From positions 448,001-512,000 of the forward strand of contig CAXXFL010000001.1 of assembly GCA_963674965.2 (NCBI GenBank): a stretch of 64,000 nucleotides of DNA. The letters run 5' to 3'. The notes under the pieces are model-generated. The model was given only the letters and a program-made list of their open reading frames with translations. It was not told the origin of the DNA and made no database searches. This document shows positions 18,090 to 27,254 of this stretch, piece by piece. Numbering within the stretch: position 1 is the stretch's first letter; every line of letters begins with the position of its first letter. Made by a program: the position numbers and the translations under genes. The DNA comes from a bacterium (GTDB lineage Bacteria; RBG-13-61-14; DATKZS01).

Positions 18090-19703
18090 ATGAAAATGAG
18101 CGCAAACGGAAAAAAACGCGCGGCCGTTTCGGAAAAATCGAAGCTTTACCTGGTGGGAGGCGGGATAGCGGGTCTGTCCGCCGCGGTGTTCGCCATTCGG
18201 GACGCGGGGATCAAAGGCGAAAACATCCATCTTTTCGAGTCGCTCGATTTATTGGGCGGCGCCCTCGAGGGTCACGTGCGGCCCGACAAGGTCTGCGTTA
18301 CGCGGGGGGACTGGAAGTTCAACAAGGAGGCCTACCAGTGCGTATGGGACGTGTTCTCGACCATACCGTCTCTTACGATCCCGGGCAAATCGGTGACGCA
18401 GGAAATACTCGATCATAACGAGCGGCACAAGAAAAACGCGAGGTCGCGGCTGATCGACAAGGACCGCAACGTGGACCACGTGGAAAGCATGGGTCTTACG
18501 CTGGGTCAGAAACTTCTATTCCTGCGGCTCCTGTTTATCCCCGAGGAGAAAATCGAGAACAGAAGGATCGACTCCTGGTTCGATCCTCCCTTCTTCGAGA
18601 CCAATTTCTGGAAGGTCTTCAGTTCCATGTTCGCCATCGAGCATTGGAACGACCTGGTCGAGATGAAGAGGTACATGAGGCGTTTCATGCACGATTTCGA
18701 CAAGATGAGCAAGGGCAGGGGAGAGGTGGTCACGCCCAACCATAACCACGACACCATGATCCGTCCCATGGTCAAGTGGCTCGAGGAGCGGAGCGTCAAT
18801 TTCCATACGGGATGCAAGGTATTGGACATGGACCTTAAGCCCGGCGGCCGCGATATTACGGTTGAAAAAATTCATTACGTTCAACGCGGAGAGAACAAGG
18901 AGATAGCTCTCGGGGAAGGAGACTTCGTTTTCGTGACCAACGGCTCGATGACGGCCGACTCGAGGAGCGGCTCGATGACCGAGCCTCCCGAGCTCGAGAC
19001 CCGCAAGGTTGACGGCTCCTGGACCTTGTGGGAGAACCTGGCGAGGAAAAAGCCCGGCCTGGGCAATCCTTCCGTTTTCAACGACAGGATTGACGAGTCC
19101 AAATGGATAACCTTCGTGGTCACGGCCACGGACCCGATATTCCTCGAGAAGTACGAGGAGTTCACGGGCAACAAGCCGGGTCAGGCGGACATGGTGACCT
19201 TTCGGGACTCGAGCTGGCATATCTCGGTGCTGGTCATGCACCAGCCTCATTTCCTCGAGCAGCCTGAGGGGACTTATTTCTGGGGAGGGTGCGGCCTCAT
19301 TCCCGACAAGCCGGGTGATTTCGTGAACATCGAGATGACCGAGTGCAACGGCCGGGACCTCCTGACCGAGGTGTGCCACCATTTCGGGTTCGTGGACGAG
19401 CTGCCGCGCATTCTCGAGACCTCGACCGTCGTTCCAAATATGATGCCCTACGAGATGAGCCATTTCCTCCCCCACAAGAGAAGCGACCGGCCCAAGGTGG
19501 CGCCGGATGGTTCGACCAACCTGGCCTTCATGGGCCAGTTCGTGGAGAGCGAAGAGTGCGTCATGCTGGTCGAGTCGTCGGTACGGACCGCCAAGATGGC
19601 GGTATACGACCTGATGGGAATCGCCAAGGAAATCCCGGCGCCTTACACGGCCATCAAGGACCCGGTGGTCTGGGCCAAGGTTTTGAAAACCTTGTTCAAA
19701 TAA
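18090..19703 (+). CDS. Oleate hydratase (MCRA) family FAD protein, divergent
   Basis: GGGIAGLSAA FAD motif, LLGGALEG, TIPSL, FFETNFW, EMKRY, TNGSMT, DSSW, HQPHF, NLAFMGQFVE, SSVRTA. Confidence 0.88.
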   Translation: MKMSANGKKRAAVSEKSKLYLVGGGIAGLSAAVFAIRDAGIKGENIHLFESLDLLGGALEGHVRPDKVCVTRGDWKFNKEAYQCVWDVFSTIPSLTIPGKSVTQEILDHNERHKKNARSRLIDKDRNVDHVESMGLTLGQKLLFLRLLFIPEEKIENRRIDSWFDPPFFETNFWKVFSSMFAIEHWNDLVEMKRYMRRFMHDFDKMSKGRGEVVTPNHNHDTMIRPMVKWLEERSVNFHTGCKVLDMDLKPGGRDITVEKIHYVQRGENKEIALGEGDFVFVTNGSMTADSRSGSMTEPPELETRKVDGSWTLWENLARKKPGLGNPSVFNDRIDESKWITFVVTATDPIFLEKYEEFTGNKPGQADMVTFRDSSWHISVLVMHQPHFLEQPEGTYFWGGCGLIPDKPGDFVNIEMTECNGRDLLTEVCHHFGFVDELPRILETSTVVPNMMPYEMSHFLPHKRSDRPKVAPDGSTNLAFMGQFVESEECVMLVESSVRTAKMAVYDLMGIAKEIPAPYTAIKDPVVWAKVLKTLFK

Positions 19704-19749
19704 AACCATCTTATTTTCATGGAGAAGACGATCGCAAGGAGGCGTAATC

Positions 19750-21030
19750 ATGGAATATCTGGCGAAACTGTTAGACGAGTTTTCCGACACCCCGCGCAAC
19801 ATCATCCTTCACGCCGACCTTCTTCGGCGCGGCATCAAGAGGACCCCGGACCTTATGGACGCGGGCGAGAACACCTGTATCACGGGGATATCGACCAAGC
19901 TTCAGTCCTTTATGGGGGACGCGAAGCCCATTCCCAGCATGCTCCATTTCAAGGAGGACGAGGTCTCGGTGGATATCAAGACCGACGACAGGAGCCCCTA
20001 TGAAATCAAGAAGAACGGCAACGGCGGTTACGCGCTCTATTGCGGTGACGAGAACTTCGGTGAGGTAAGGTTTACCAAGCGTCCATCTTACACGGACAAG
20101 CTCACCTCGGACGGGCAGTCCTGCGCGGCCCTGCTTCTACAGAGGGGCCCCTTTTGCATTATGGTCAACCCCCTGGAGTTCTGCGCCTATTACAAGAACA
20201 AGGAAGCATGCAAGTACTGCGTCCTTTCCCTGGCCATGGAGATGGGAGTAAACGCCAAGCTGATGAAGCCGGTGCCGGACCCTGAGATGATCGCCGAGGC
20301 GCTCGAGATGGCGACCATGGATATCAATCTCAAGGACCTTAAAATATGCGGCGGCGCGCTTTACGATACCAAAAAGGAGGCCGTTCATTACAAGAAGTGC
20401 CTCGAGGCGATCCTTAACCGGATCGAGAAGCCCGAGGAGATCACCATATTTTCACAAGCCTTCGACGAGGGGGACACGAGGGACCTGAAAGAGCTGGGAG
20501 CCACCAACATCCTGTTCAACATGGAAGTATGGAACGAGGGGATGTGGCCGGAGTTGTTGCCGGGGAAGGCCAAAGCCATTGGCAGGCAGGAGTGGATCGA
20601 CCGCTTGACCAAGGCGGTGGACATTTTTGGACGAGGTCACGTGGGAAGCGGGTTCGTGGGCGGGTTCGAGTGCGCTCCCCGCCCGGGGTTCCTTTCCAGG
20701 GAAGAGGCGTTCAAGTCTTACCTCGAGGCCTTCGAGTACCTGATCGAGAGGGACGTCGTGCCCTGGTTTACCGTGTGGACGGCCGCGCCCATCGTGGGCG
20801 GCTTCAGCGTCGACGACCCTCCCCCCACCGACTTTTATTTGCGTCTGGGCCAGGAGCTTCACGAGCTTCTTGACAAGTATGGGATGTACAAGGACCTTGG
20901 TTTTCCCACCATGGGCGTAAACCCCCCGACCCTGGGACTTTATTGCTACTACTGTTTCAGTATGACCTTCAATCGCGATTACCCGAGGCTGATCGGGCGT
21001 ACTCCCCGGCCTTCCCAGAGCGCGGAATGA
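19750..21030 (+). CDS. Radical SAM protein with extended CX8CX2C motif (MSMEG_0568/COG2516-like)
   Basis: RBS AAGGAGG; FCAYYKNKEACKYC; CGG; FNMEVWN...PGK; C-terminal YCYYC. Confidence 0.85.
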   Translation: MEYLAKLLDEFSDTPRNIILHADLLRRGIKRTPDLMDAGENTCITGISTKLQSFMGDAKPIPSMLHFKEDEVSVDIKTDDRSPYEIKKNGNGGYALYCGDENFGEVRFTKRPSYTDKLTSDGQSCAALLLQRGPFCIMVNPLEFCAYYKNKEACKYCVLSLAMEMGVNAKLMKPVPDPEMIAEALEMATMDINLKDLKICGGALYDTKKEAVHYKKCLEAILNRIEKPEEITIFSQAFDEGDTRDLKELGATNILFNMEVWNEGMWPELLPGKAKAIGRQEWIDRLTKAVDIFGRGHVGSGFVGGFECAPRPGFLSREEAFKSYLEAFEYLIERDVVPWFTVWTAAPIVGGFSVDDPPPTDFYLRLGQELHELLDKYGMYKDLGFPTMGVNPPTLGLYCYYCFSMTFNRDYPRLIGRTPRPSQSAE

Positions 21031-21047
21031 TATCGAGGTGAGCGGCT

Positions 21048-21686
21048 ATGAAGCTTGCGGGAAAAAAACGAGTTTGCACGGCGCTGGCCATCATCTGGCT
21101 TTCGGCCTCGGCCGTCGCGAGCAAGACGGAAAAGCCCGGGATCGATCTCTCTCCCGAGGACCTTAAGGTCCTCGAGGAGGGGAAGCTGGTCACCAAGGTG
21201 GATGAATACAAGGACGATAAGGGAAACGTCAATCATCGCATGGGTAATTACCTCATCATCGACGTCCCGCCCAAGGAGGTTTGGAAAGTCCTGACCGAGC
21301 CGGAGAAGGACCATGAATGGATATCGGGAGTAAAAAAGAGCGAGGTGCTAAAAAGGGATGACGACTCCTGTGACGTGCACTACGAGGTGTCAATTATTTT
21401 CATGGATTTCCAGTTTAATATCCACAGGCGCTTCCAAGATCAAGACCTTTATATTAAAAACGACCTCATCGAGGAAATGGAAAACGACCTCGAGGTGGCC
21501 GACTCCTACTATGCCCTATATCCGCACGCCAACGGCGAGAAGACGATCATGAAATATTCCCTCCGCCTGGTGGTAAGCGAGGGTATACCCAAGTCGGTCG
21601 AGGATTGGTTCGTGAAGCAAAGCGGGAAGGGATGGATGCAGAACCTTAAAAAACGGGCTGAAAGTAAGGGGACCTGGAAAAAATGA
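21048..21686 (+). CDS. Exported SRPBCC/START-domain protein
   Basis: Signal peptide; IDVPPKEVWKVLTEPEKDHEWISGVKKSEVL; C-terminal helix WMQNLKKRAE. Confidence 0.8.
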   Translation: MKLAGKKRVCTALAIIWLSASAVASKTEKPGIDLSPEDLKVLEEGKLVTKVDEYKDDKGNVNHRMGNYLIIDVPPKEVWKVLTEPEKDHEWISGVKKSEVLKRDDDSCDVHYEVSIIFMDFQFNIHRRFQDQDLYIKNDLIEEMENDLEVADSYYALYPHANGEKTIMKYSLRLVVSEGIPKSVEDWFVKQSGKGWMQNLKKRAESKGTWKK

Positions 21687-21705
21687 GGCCTATCTTCGAG
21701 GCCCT

Positions 21706-22917
21706 TTAGGCCCCGCCGCATTGTTTATCGAACTCCTCGATGATCTTCTCGGCGTAGGCCGACCTCGTGCGGCCGCGGACGAATTTGTTGGCGTTTTTCC
21801 TGAGGCCTTCATAAAGATCGGCGTTTTCGGTCACTTTCTTCAGAGCTCCGGCCATTTCGGCGACGTTATCGGATGAAATTAGCACGCCCGTTTTTCCGTC
21901 TTCTATCATTTGAGGCACGCCGCCAACCCTGGTGGCGATTACGGGTATGCCCCTCGCCATGGCCTCGAAAATAACCTTGGGCGTTCCCTCGGAGCGGGAA
22001 GGATGCACGAAAACGTCGGCCCAGTCGTATTGGGCGACGATCTCCGGCCCGAAGGGTACGCCGCCGGTAAATTCCACCGAGTCACCCAATCCCAAGTCTT
22101 TAGCCTTTTTCTGGAGCGACTCCTTGAGGTGGCCCCATCCTACTATCCTGGCCTCCCATTTCAACTCTGACTCATCCTTGAGCCGCGCCAGCGCCTCGAG
22201 AAGCACGTTATGTCCCTTCTCATTGGACAACCTGCCCACGGCCAGCACCCGGGCGGTCTCACGCGGAGCCGGTTTTTCGGGAAATACTATGTTTTCATCG
22301 TCGATGCTGGTGGCGAAAATAGCGTTGGCCCTATCGGTGTATCGCGACAGTCGGCCGGTGATGGATTGTCCATGGCAGAAAAGAAGATTGTTCTTTACCG
22401 CTTTCTTTTCCATGGCCAAATAGAACATGAAAAAAATCCGACGGATGGGATTGATGAAAGGTCTCAGCAAAGGCCCCTTTGAGGACCCCAGTTTAGCCTC
22501 GACTTCCCAGTCTCCCACCACCGTGTGAAATGACGGAACGCCCAGCTCACTCGCTTGCAAGGCCGCGAATACCCCAACCAGATCAGGATAGCGGGGGTTT
22601 ACAACGTCCCATCTGCCCATGTTTTGCCTGATCCTCCACCATATTACCGGGTACATAATCGTGAGTGACAAAAAAGACACGTAAAAGGGAAGTTCAATAA
22701 CATGGAATTTCTTAGAGTCGATATGAACCGCGGCGTCAATCTTGTTCCTTCTCGTTACGGGAACGCAAAGCTCGATTTTATCGAAGTAGCGGGTCATTGA
22801 CTCGATATATTTCATAAAGGCGCCGTTAGTGGCGTATCCATCCGCGTTCTTTACGAACTTCTTGCCGCAGATGACGCCCAGTACCCCTCTTTTTTTTTGT
22901 CCGCTCGTTTCCGACAT
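21706..22917 (-). CDS. Glycosyltransferase family 4
   Basis: VGRLSNEKG, DVFVHPSRSEGTPKVIFEAMARGIPVIATRVGG. Confidence 0.92.
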   Translation of the reverse strand: MSETSGQKKRGVLGVICGKKFVKNADGYATNGAFMKYIESMTRYFDKIELCVPVTRRNKIDAAVHIDSKKFHVIELPFYVSFLSLTIMYPVIWWRIRQNMGRWDVVNPRYPDLVGVFAALQASELGVPSFHTVVGDWEVEAKLGSSKGPLLRPFINPIRRIFFMFYLAMEKKAVKNNLLFCHGQSITGRLSRYTDRANAIFATSIDDENIVFPEKPAPRETARVLAVGRLSNEKGHNVLLEALARLKDESELKWEARIVGWGHLKESLQKKAKDLGLGDSVEFTGGVPFGPEIVAQYDWADVFVHPSRSEGTPKVIFEAMARGIPVIATRVGGVPQMIEDGKTGVLISSDNVAEMAGALKKVTENADLYEGLRKNANKFVRGRTRSAYAEKIIEEFDKQCGGA

Positions 22918-22919
22918 TG

Positions 22920-24182
22920 CTATTGATTCTTCTCGGTAATGGACAGCGATCTTTTACGTTTCGTTCGGACGCCGCCCGCTGCCAGTCGTAACTTTAAGGA
23001 ATTAAAGGCCATGCTGAAAAACGTGACGAGAAAACCATAAAGAGCCTCCATCTTTTCTCTCGCTCCAAAACGCCCCTCAAGAACGGCCTTAATTTCAACT
23101 CCAATAATATCACCTGCTCCCTCCGAACACCAATACTTTCTTGAGGCTTCCCTGGCGAAGGTTGAAAGAGATTCCCTGTAAGTTTTATCCTCCATGATTT
23201 TTCCGATCGCTCGGGCAAGCTCACTTGGCTCCTTTTCCTCAAGGCAATTCCTGCCCGCCATATTATACCTGTAAAGCTCTTTCGCGTTCTCGGGATCGAA
23301 CACTCCCGCCATGCCTTTCTCGCCTACCACTATCGCCGGTATCCCCATTGCCAGAGGTTCCATGACTCCGCGGCCAACGCCGAGTACAAGGTCCGCGTCC
23401 GCGAAAAAGGAAGATATGTCCTTTTGGTAGCCCGGCAAAAAAACCGTCTCGCGGCCTATCCTCCGATTTGTGTCTCGGGCCAGTTCGTCCATCTCCTCTT
23501 TATAGGGACCGTCGCCGAAAATAACCAGCTTGATTTTCGGGTCCTTGTTCGCCAACTCCTCGACGGCGCGCGTCATTTGGCTTACGCCTTTTATACGATT
23601 GAACACCAGCCTGGTAGCCGCCACGACGATGAAGTCGTCCGGCGCAAGGGACAACAACTCCCTTAGCCGGCCGCTTCGTCCCGTATAATTGAAGTATTCA
23701 GGACCTATCCTGTTCGCGAGCACCCGGACGCGATTCGGGTCGAATCCGTGCCTTTGGACAAGGCCGTCTTTCAATTCCTCGCTGAAAACAATGAGTCGAG
23801 CCGGCATGCCGGGCCTGAATATCGGTACCTCGCCGCCGGCGTAAATCCCTATCACGGGGACCCCTCTCAGGAAAGTCCCCATTAGAAGGGAACCCATGAC
23901 CTCCTCATAGCCGCAGGCTAAAATCACCCGCGGGTGAAGATCCGAGATGATCGACTGTAATTTCACCCATCGCGAGGGCCATTTGGCCACCCTCGCGGGT
24001 TTTGCCAGATGAACGCTATTATAACCCTCGTTCCTGTATATCGAACCGTGGCCTTCATCGCCCACCACCGCGATAATCCTGTTTTTAGGGATAGACTTAA
24101 CCAGCGCGAGCATTGATAAAGGGGCGCCGCCCTCGCCATACTGGAAGGCTAAGTATACAAGCGCTTCTGGATTGGAGTTCAT
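22920..24182 (-). CDS. Glycosyltransferase family 4-like (GT-B)
   Basis: GGA N-terminal loop, IFGDGP, ADLVLGVGRGVMEPLAMGIP. Confidence 0.8.
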   Translation of the reverse strand: MNSNPEALVYLAFQYGEGGAPLSMLALVKSIPKNRIIAVVGDEGHGSIYRNEGYNSVHLAKPARVAKWPSRWVKLQSIISDLHPRVILACGYEEVMGSLLMGTFLRGVPVIGIYAGGEVPIFRPGMPARLIVFSEELKDGLVQRHGFDPNRVRVLANRIGPEYFNYTGRSGRLRELLSLAPDDFIVVAATRLVFNRIKGVSQMTRAVEELANKDPKIKLVIFGDGPYKEEMDELARDTNRRIGRETVFLPGYQKDISSFFADADLVLGVGRGVMEPLAMGIPAIVVGEKGMAGVFDPENAKELYRYNMAGRNCLEEKEPSELARAIGKIMEDKTYRESLSTFAREASRKYWCSEGAGDIIGVEIKAVLEGRFGAREKMEALYGFLVTFFSMAFNSLKLRLAAGGVRTKRKRSLSITEKNQ

Positions 24183-24186
24183 CCTA

Positions 24187-24855
24187 TCAAATACCGCCCA
24201 GATACTTCTTCCGGAATCTGAAGATGATATTCTGCAAGATGTCCCAGCCCCGCTGTTCTCCCACCAACATGTTCAAAGACTCTAAATCCGGCAATCTCAT
24301 GGCTATGTCATCCCATTGCCCGGGATGCCTGCTCCCGACGTAAAACAGGTAAACGTCTTTACTCTTGTTGGGCGAAAAACTCTCGTAAACAACCTCCAGC
24401 CCGTTCAACTCGTACAGGCGGCGCATGGCGGCTGGAGTAAAGCGCCAGAAATCAAGATAATTTCCCGGCTCGAAATGGAATTTCTGCCTGAAGGGAACCA
24501 CGGAGATAACCGCATCCGCGCTCATTTTGCAGATGTTTTCAAATGCAATGAAAGGGTCGGGCACGTGCTCGAGAACGGTGTGGTGAAAACAAACCTCCCA
24601 ATTCTTCTCAAGCTCCCTGGGCAGGGGAGCGGTAATGTCGATTTCCAAATCGGTGGACTCGTTGCTCCCCCGTTTTTTATCCCCTGGATGGTTGGATATT
24701 TCATAACTCGCGGCGTTGGGGAAATAATCCCGATATCGATTCCCCTCGCGGTCTTCATCACGCCAGGCGCTTACGTTGATGATCCTGCCTTTAAAATTTG
24801 GACCCAATTCCCTGAGAATATCATTGGACCAGTATCTGGCCACCATTTCACGCAT
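24187..24855 (-). CDS. Class I SAM-dependent methyltransferase-like protein (surface glycan cluster)
   Basis: HTVLEHVPDP, SVVPF, DFWRFTP motifs typical of type-11-like MTases in polysaccharide loci. Confidence 0.7.
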   Translation of the reverse strand: MREMVARYWSNDILRELGPNFKGRIINVSAWRDEDREGNRYRDYFPNAASYEISNHPGDKKRGSNESTDLEIDITAPLPRELEKNWEVCFHHTVLEHVPDPFIAFENICKMSADAVISVVPFRQKFHFEPGNYLDFWRFTPAAMRRLYELNGLEVVYESFSPNKSKDVYLFYVGSRHPGQWDDIAMRLPDLESLNMLVGEQRGWDILQNIIFRFRKKYLGGI

Positions 24856-24989
24856 CGTGTGTTTCCCGTTAAGTTGTTTGAACCGCTTGACCGGCCATTA
24901 ATTTTAACATGTTCCGCCGCGTGAGATAAATCGACGCGCGCTTGATGGAAAATGACGGTCTCCGAGACCCGGCCCATTATTATAGCCGG

Positions 24990-27101
24990 CTAACCTTTTA
25001 AGACGAAGTTGATCCGCCTTTTCTCCACGCTGGCCGAATGGATGACCACCACCACATCGTCGCCCACGCGGTAGTCCCCCTCCGGCGTCGAGAGGGTCAT
25101 CTTCTCCTCGACGTAATAAACGTCCCGGGAAATGGTTTCCGAGGGCACGAGACCCTCGATGAAGACGTCGGAAAGCTCGACGAAAAGACCGAACCGGGCC
25201 ACGCCGCTCACGATTCCTTTATGTACTTCGCCCAGGTGGCGGGCGGCGTACATGGCGCAATAAACGTCCACCATCTCGCGCTCGGCGTCCTCGGCCGCCC
25301 TTTCCCGCTCCGAGCAGTGAAGCGCCGCTCGGGAAAGCTCCTCGGGGGCGGCCTCCCGTCCTCCCCCCTCCGGCCTTTGCTCGGGAATAGCCCCGCCGGC
25401 CTTCTCCTCTCCCGACTCGACCGCGCCAAGCTCGGATTCCATAAGCCTCACCAGAAGCCGATGCACGATGAGATCCGGATACCTCCGAATCGGAGAGGTA
25501 AAGTGGCAATAAAGGGGAGCGGCCAGCCCGAAGTGCATGATCGGCTCGGCCGAATACCGGGCCTGGCTCATCGAGCGAAGACAAAGTATCTTCACCGCCC
25601 GGCCGTAGGGCGTATCCCTCGACTGATCGATAACGCGCTGGTAATCGGAGGGCTTTATATGTTCCGGCTCCGATCCGCGGCCGTACAGGACGATGCCGAA
25701 AGGTCCCAGAGCCGCCGCCAGGGACTCGACCGCGCCGGGCGGCGGCGGCTCGTGGATTCGGTACACCATAGGTTGGCGGGCGTCGGTCATGAAGGAGGCC
25801 ACCGCCTCGTTGGCCGCGAGCATGAACTCCTCGACCAGGCCGTGGCTCCAGGTTTGCTCTCTCCGCAGGACGTCCGTCACTTCGCCCGACTCGTCAAGCA
25901 CTACCTCGGCCTCGGGAACGTCCAGGTCGATCGAGCCGCGGGAGGCCCGGACCTTGCCCCGCCGCTCGGCCAGCTCGCGCATGATCTTTATCGCCTCCCA
26001 GGCGCCGGGAAATTGTTCCCGCAAGCCGGGGTCCTCGGCCATGGCCTCGACCTGATCGTAGGTCAGACGATGATCGCTCCGTATTACCGACCTGTACATC
26101 CTGGCCCGCTTTCTCAGGCCACTAGCGCTAAAGTCCATCTCCACCGTGACCGCCGGCCTGTCCTTTTCCGGCATGAGCGAGCAAAGGTTGGACGAAAGAC
26201 GCCCCGGCAGCATGGGCACGCACCGGCCGGGCAGGTAAACGCTGGTCGCCCGCTCATAAGCCTCATCGTCCATGGCCGAGCCGGGAGTGACGTAATGGCT
26301 CACGTCGGCTATGGACACCCAGGCCTTGAAGCCTCCCTTGCTCCTCTCAATGGCAAGCGCGTCGTCAAAGTCCCTGGCCGTCTCGGGGTCGATGGTGACG
26401 GTGAAGATATCGCGAAGGTCCGTCCGCCCCGCGACCTCCGAGTCCGGGATACCATCGGGAAAGGAGTCCGCCTCGGCCAGCACCTCGGGTAAAAACTCCT
26501 CGGAGAAGCCGCGGGAACGAAGGGCAACCCGAGCCTCGAGGCCGGGATCGCCCGCCGCCCCGAGGACCTCGAGCACCTTGCCGTGGATGCCCCGAGCGTT
26601 CCGCTTCGTGACGCGGACCATGACCACGTCGCCGACCTCGGCCTCCCCCGAGTCGGCGGCGTGGACCCTAACGTAAAACCGGAGCCGATCGTCGCGGGGC
26701 GTCACGCCCTCGCCGTCGAAAGCTCCAATGATGACCGAGTCGCCGTGCTCGAGGACCCTTAATACCTCGCCCGAGGTCTTGCCCTCCGGACCGCGCTCCC
26801 TGATCCTGGCCTCGACCCGGTCGCCGTGGATGGCGTCGTTAACGTAGCGGGCGGGAATGAAAAGGTCTTCCTCCTCCCCGGAATCGGGACGCACGAAACC
26901 GTAGCCCTGTGGGTTGCTCTGAAAGAAGCCGATGATTGCCGGACCGCCGCCCTTGACCGCCCTCGACTTTTTCGTCGCTCCCCACTTCATGCCCGAGGAA
27001 GGACCGCCGCCGGCTTTGCCATTATGCCCCTTTTTCCCGGCCCCGGCCCTTGTTTTTTTTCCGGCCCCTTTGCCGGACGATCTTTTTCCACGTCTTTTCA
27101 A
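24990..27101 (-). CDS. rnr: Ribonuclease R
   Basis: RBS AAGGAG then TTG 27101; GYGFV cold-shock domain, TIDPETARDFDDA, HFTSPIRRYPDL, S1 domain. Confidence 0.93.
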   Translation of the reverse strand: MKRRGKRSSGKGAGKKTRAGAGKKGHNGKAGGGPSSGMKWGATKKSRAVKGGGPAIIGFFQSNPQGYGFVRPDSGEEEDLFIPARYVNDAIHGDRVEARIRERGPEGKTSGEVLRVLEHGDSVIIGAFDGEGVTPRDDRLRFYVRVHAADSGEAEVGDVVMVRVTKRNARGIHGKVLEVLGAAGDPGLEARVALRSRGFSEEFLPEVLAEADSFPDGIPDSEVAGRTDLRDIFTVTIDPETARDFDDALAIERSKGGFKAWVSIADVSHYVTPGSAMDDEAYERATSVYLPGRCVPMLPGRLSSNLCSLMPEKDRPAVTVEMDFSASGLRKRARMYRSVIRSDHRLTYDQVEAMAEDPGLREQFPGAWEAIKIMRELAERRGKVRASRGSIDLDVPEAEVVLDESGEVTDVLRREQTWSHGLVEEFMLAANEAVASFMTDARQPMVYRIHEPPPPGAVESLAAALGPFGIVLYGRGSEPEHIKPSDYQRVIDQSRDTPYGRAVKILCLRSMSQARYSAEPIMHFGLAAPLYCHFTSPIRRYPDLIVHRLLVRLMESELGAVESGEEKAGGAIPEQRPEGGGREAAPEELSRAALHCSERERAAEDAEREMVDVYCAMYAARHLGEVHKGIVSGVARFGLFVELSDVFIEGLVPSETISRDVYYVEEKMTLSTPEGDYRVGDDVVVVIHSASVEKRRINFVLKG

Positions 27102-27254
27102 TGGCGCTCCTTTCACCGATGGGTACATTGTCGCATGGACCGACCGAAATGTCGCGGCTCCCGGATTGCTTCTTGGGTAAATACTTACGGAGAAAGCCTT
27201 AATCAGGTCTGCTAAATTGCCGGCGAAGGGCCACGCGCGCTCCACCCCAAAACT

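Noticed and set aside
18672-18674. Loss of the catalytic Tyr in the oleate-hydratase homolog
   Set aside because: Residue counting places the catalytic Tyr at EMKRY (Y195), which is retained; only the Glu loop and YNQY motif are changed.
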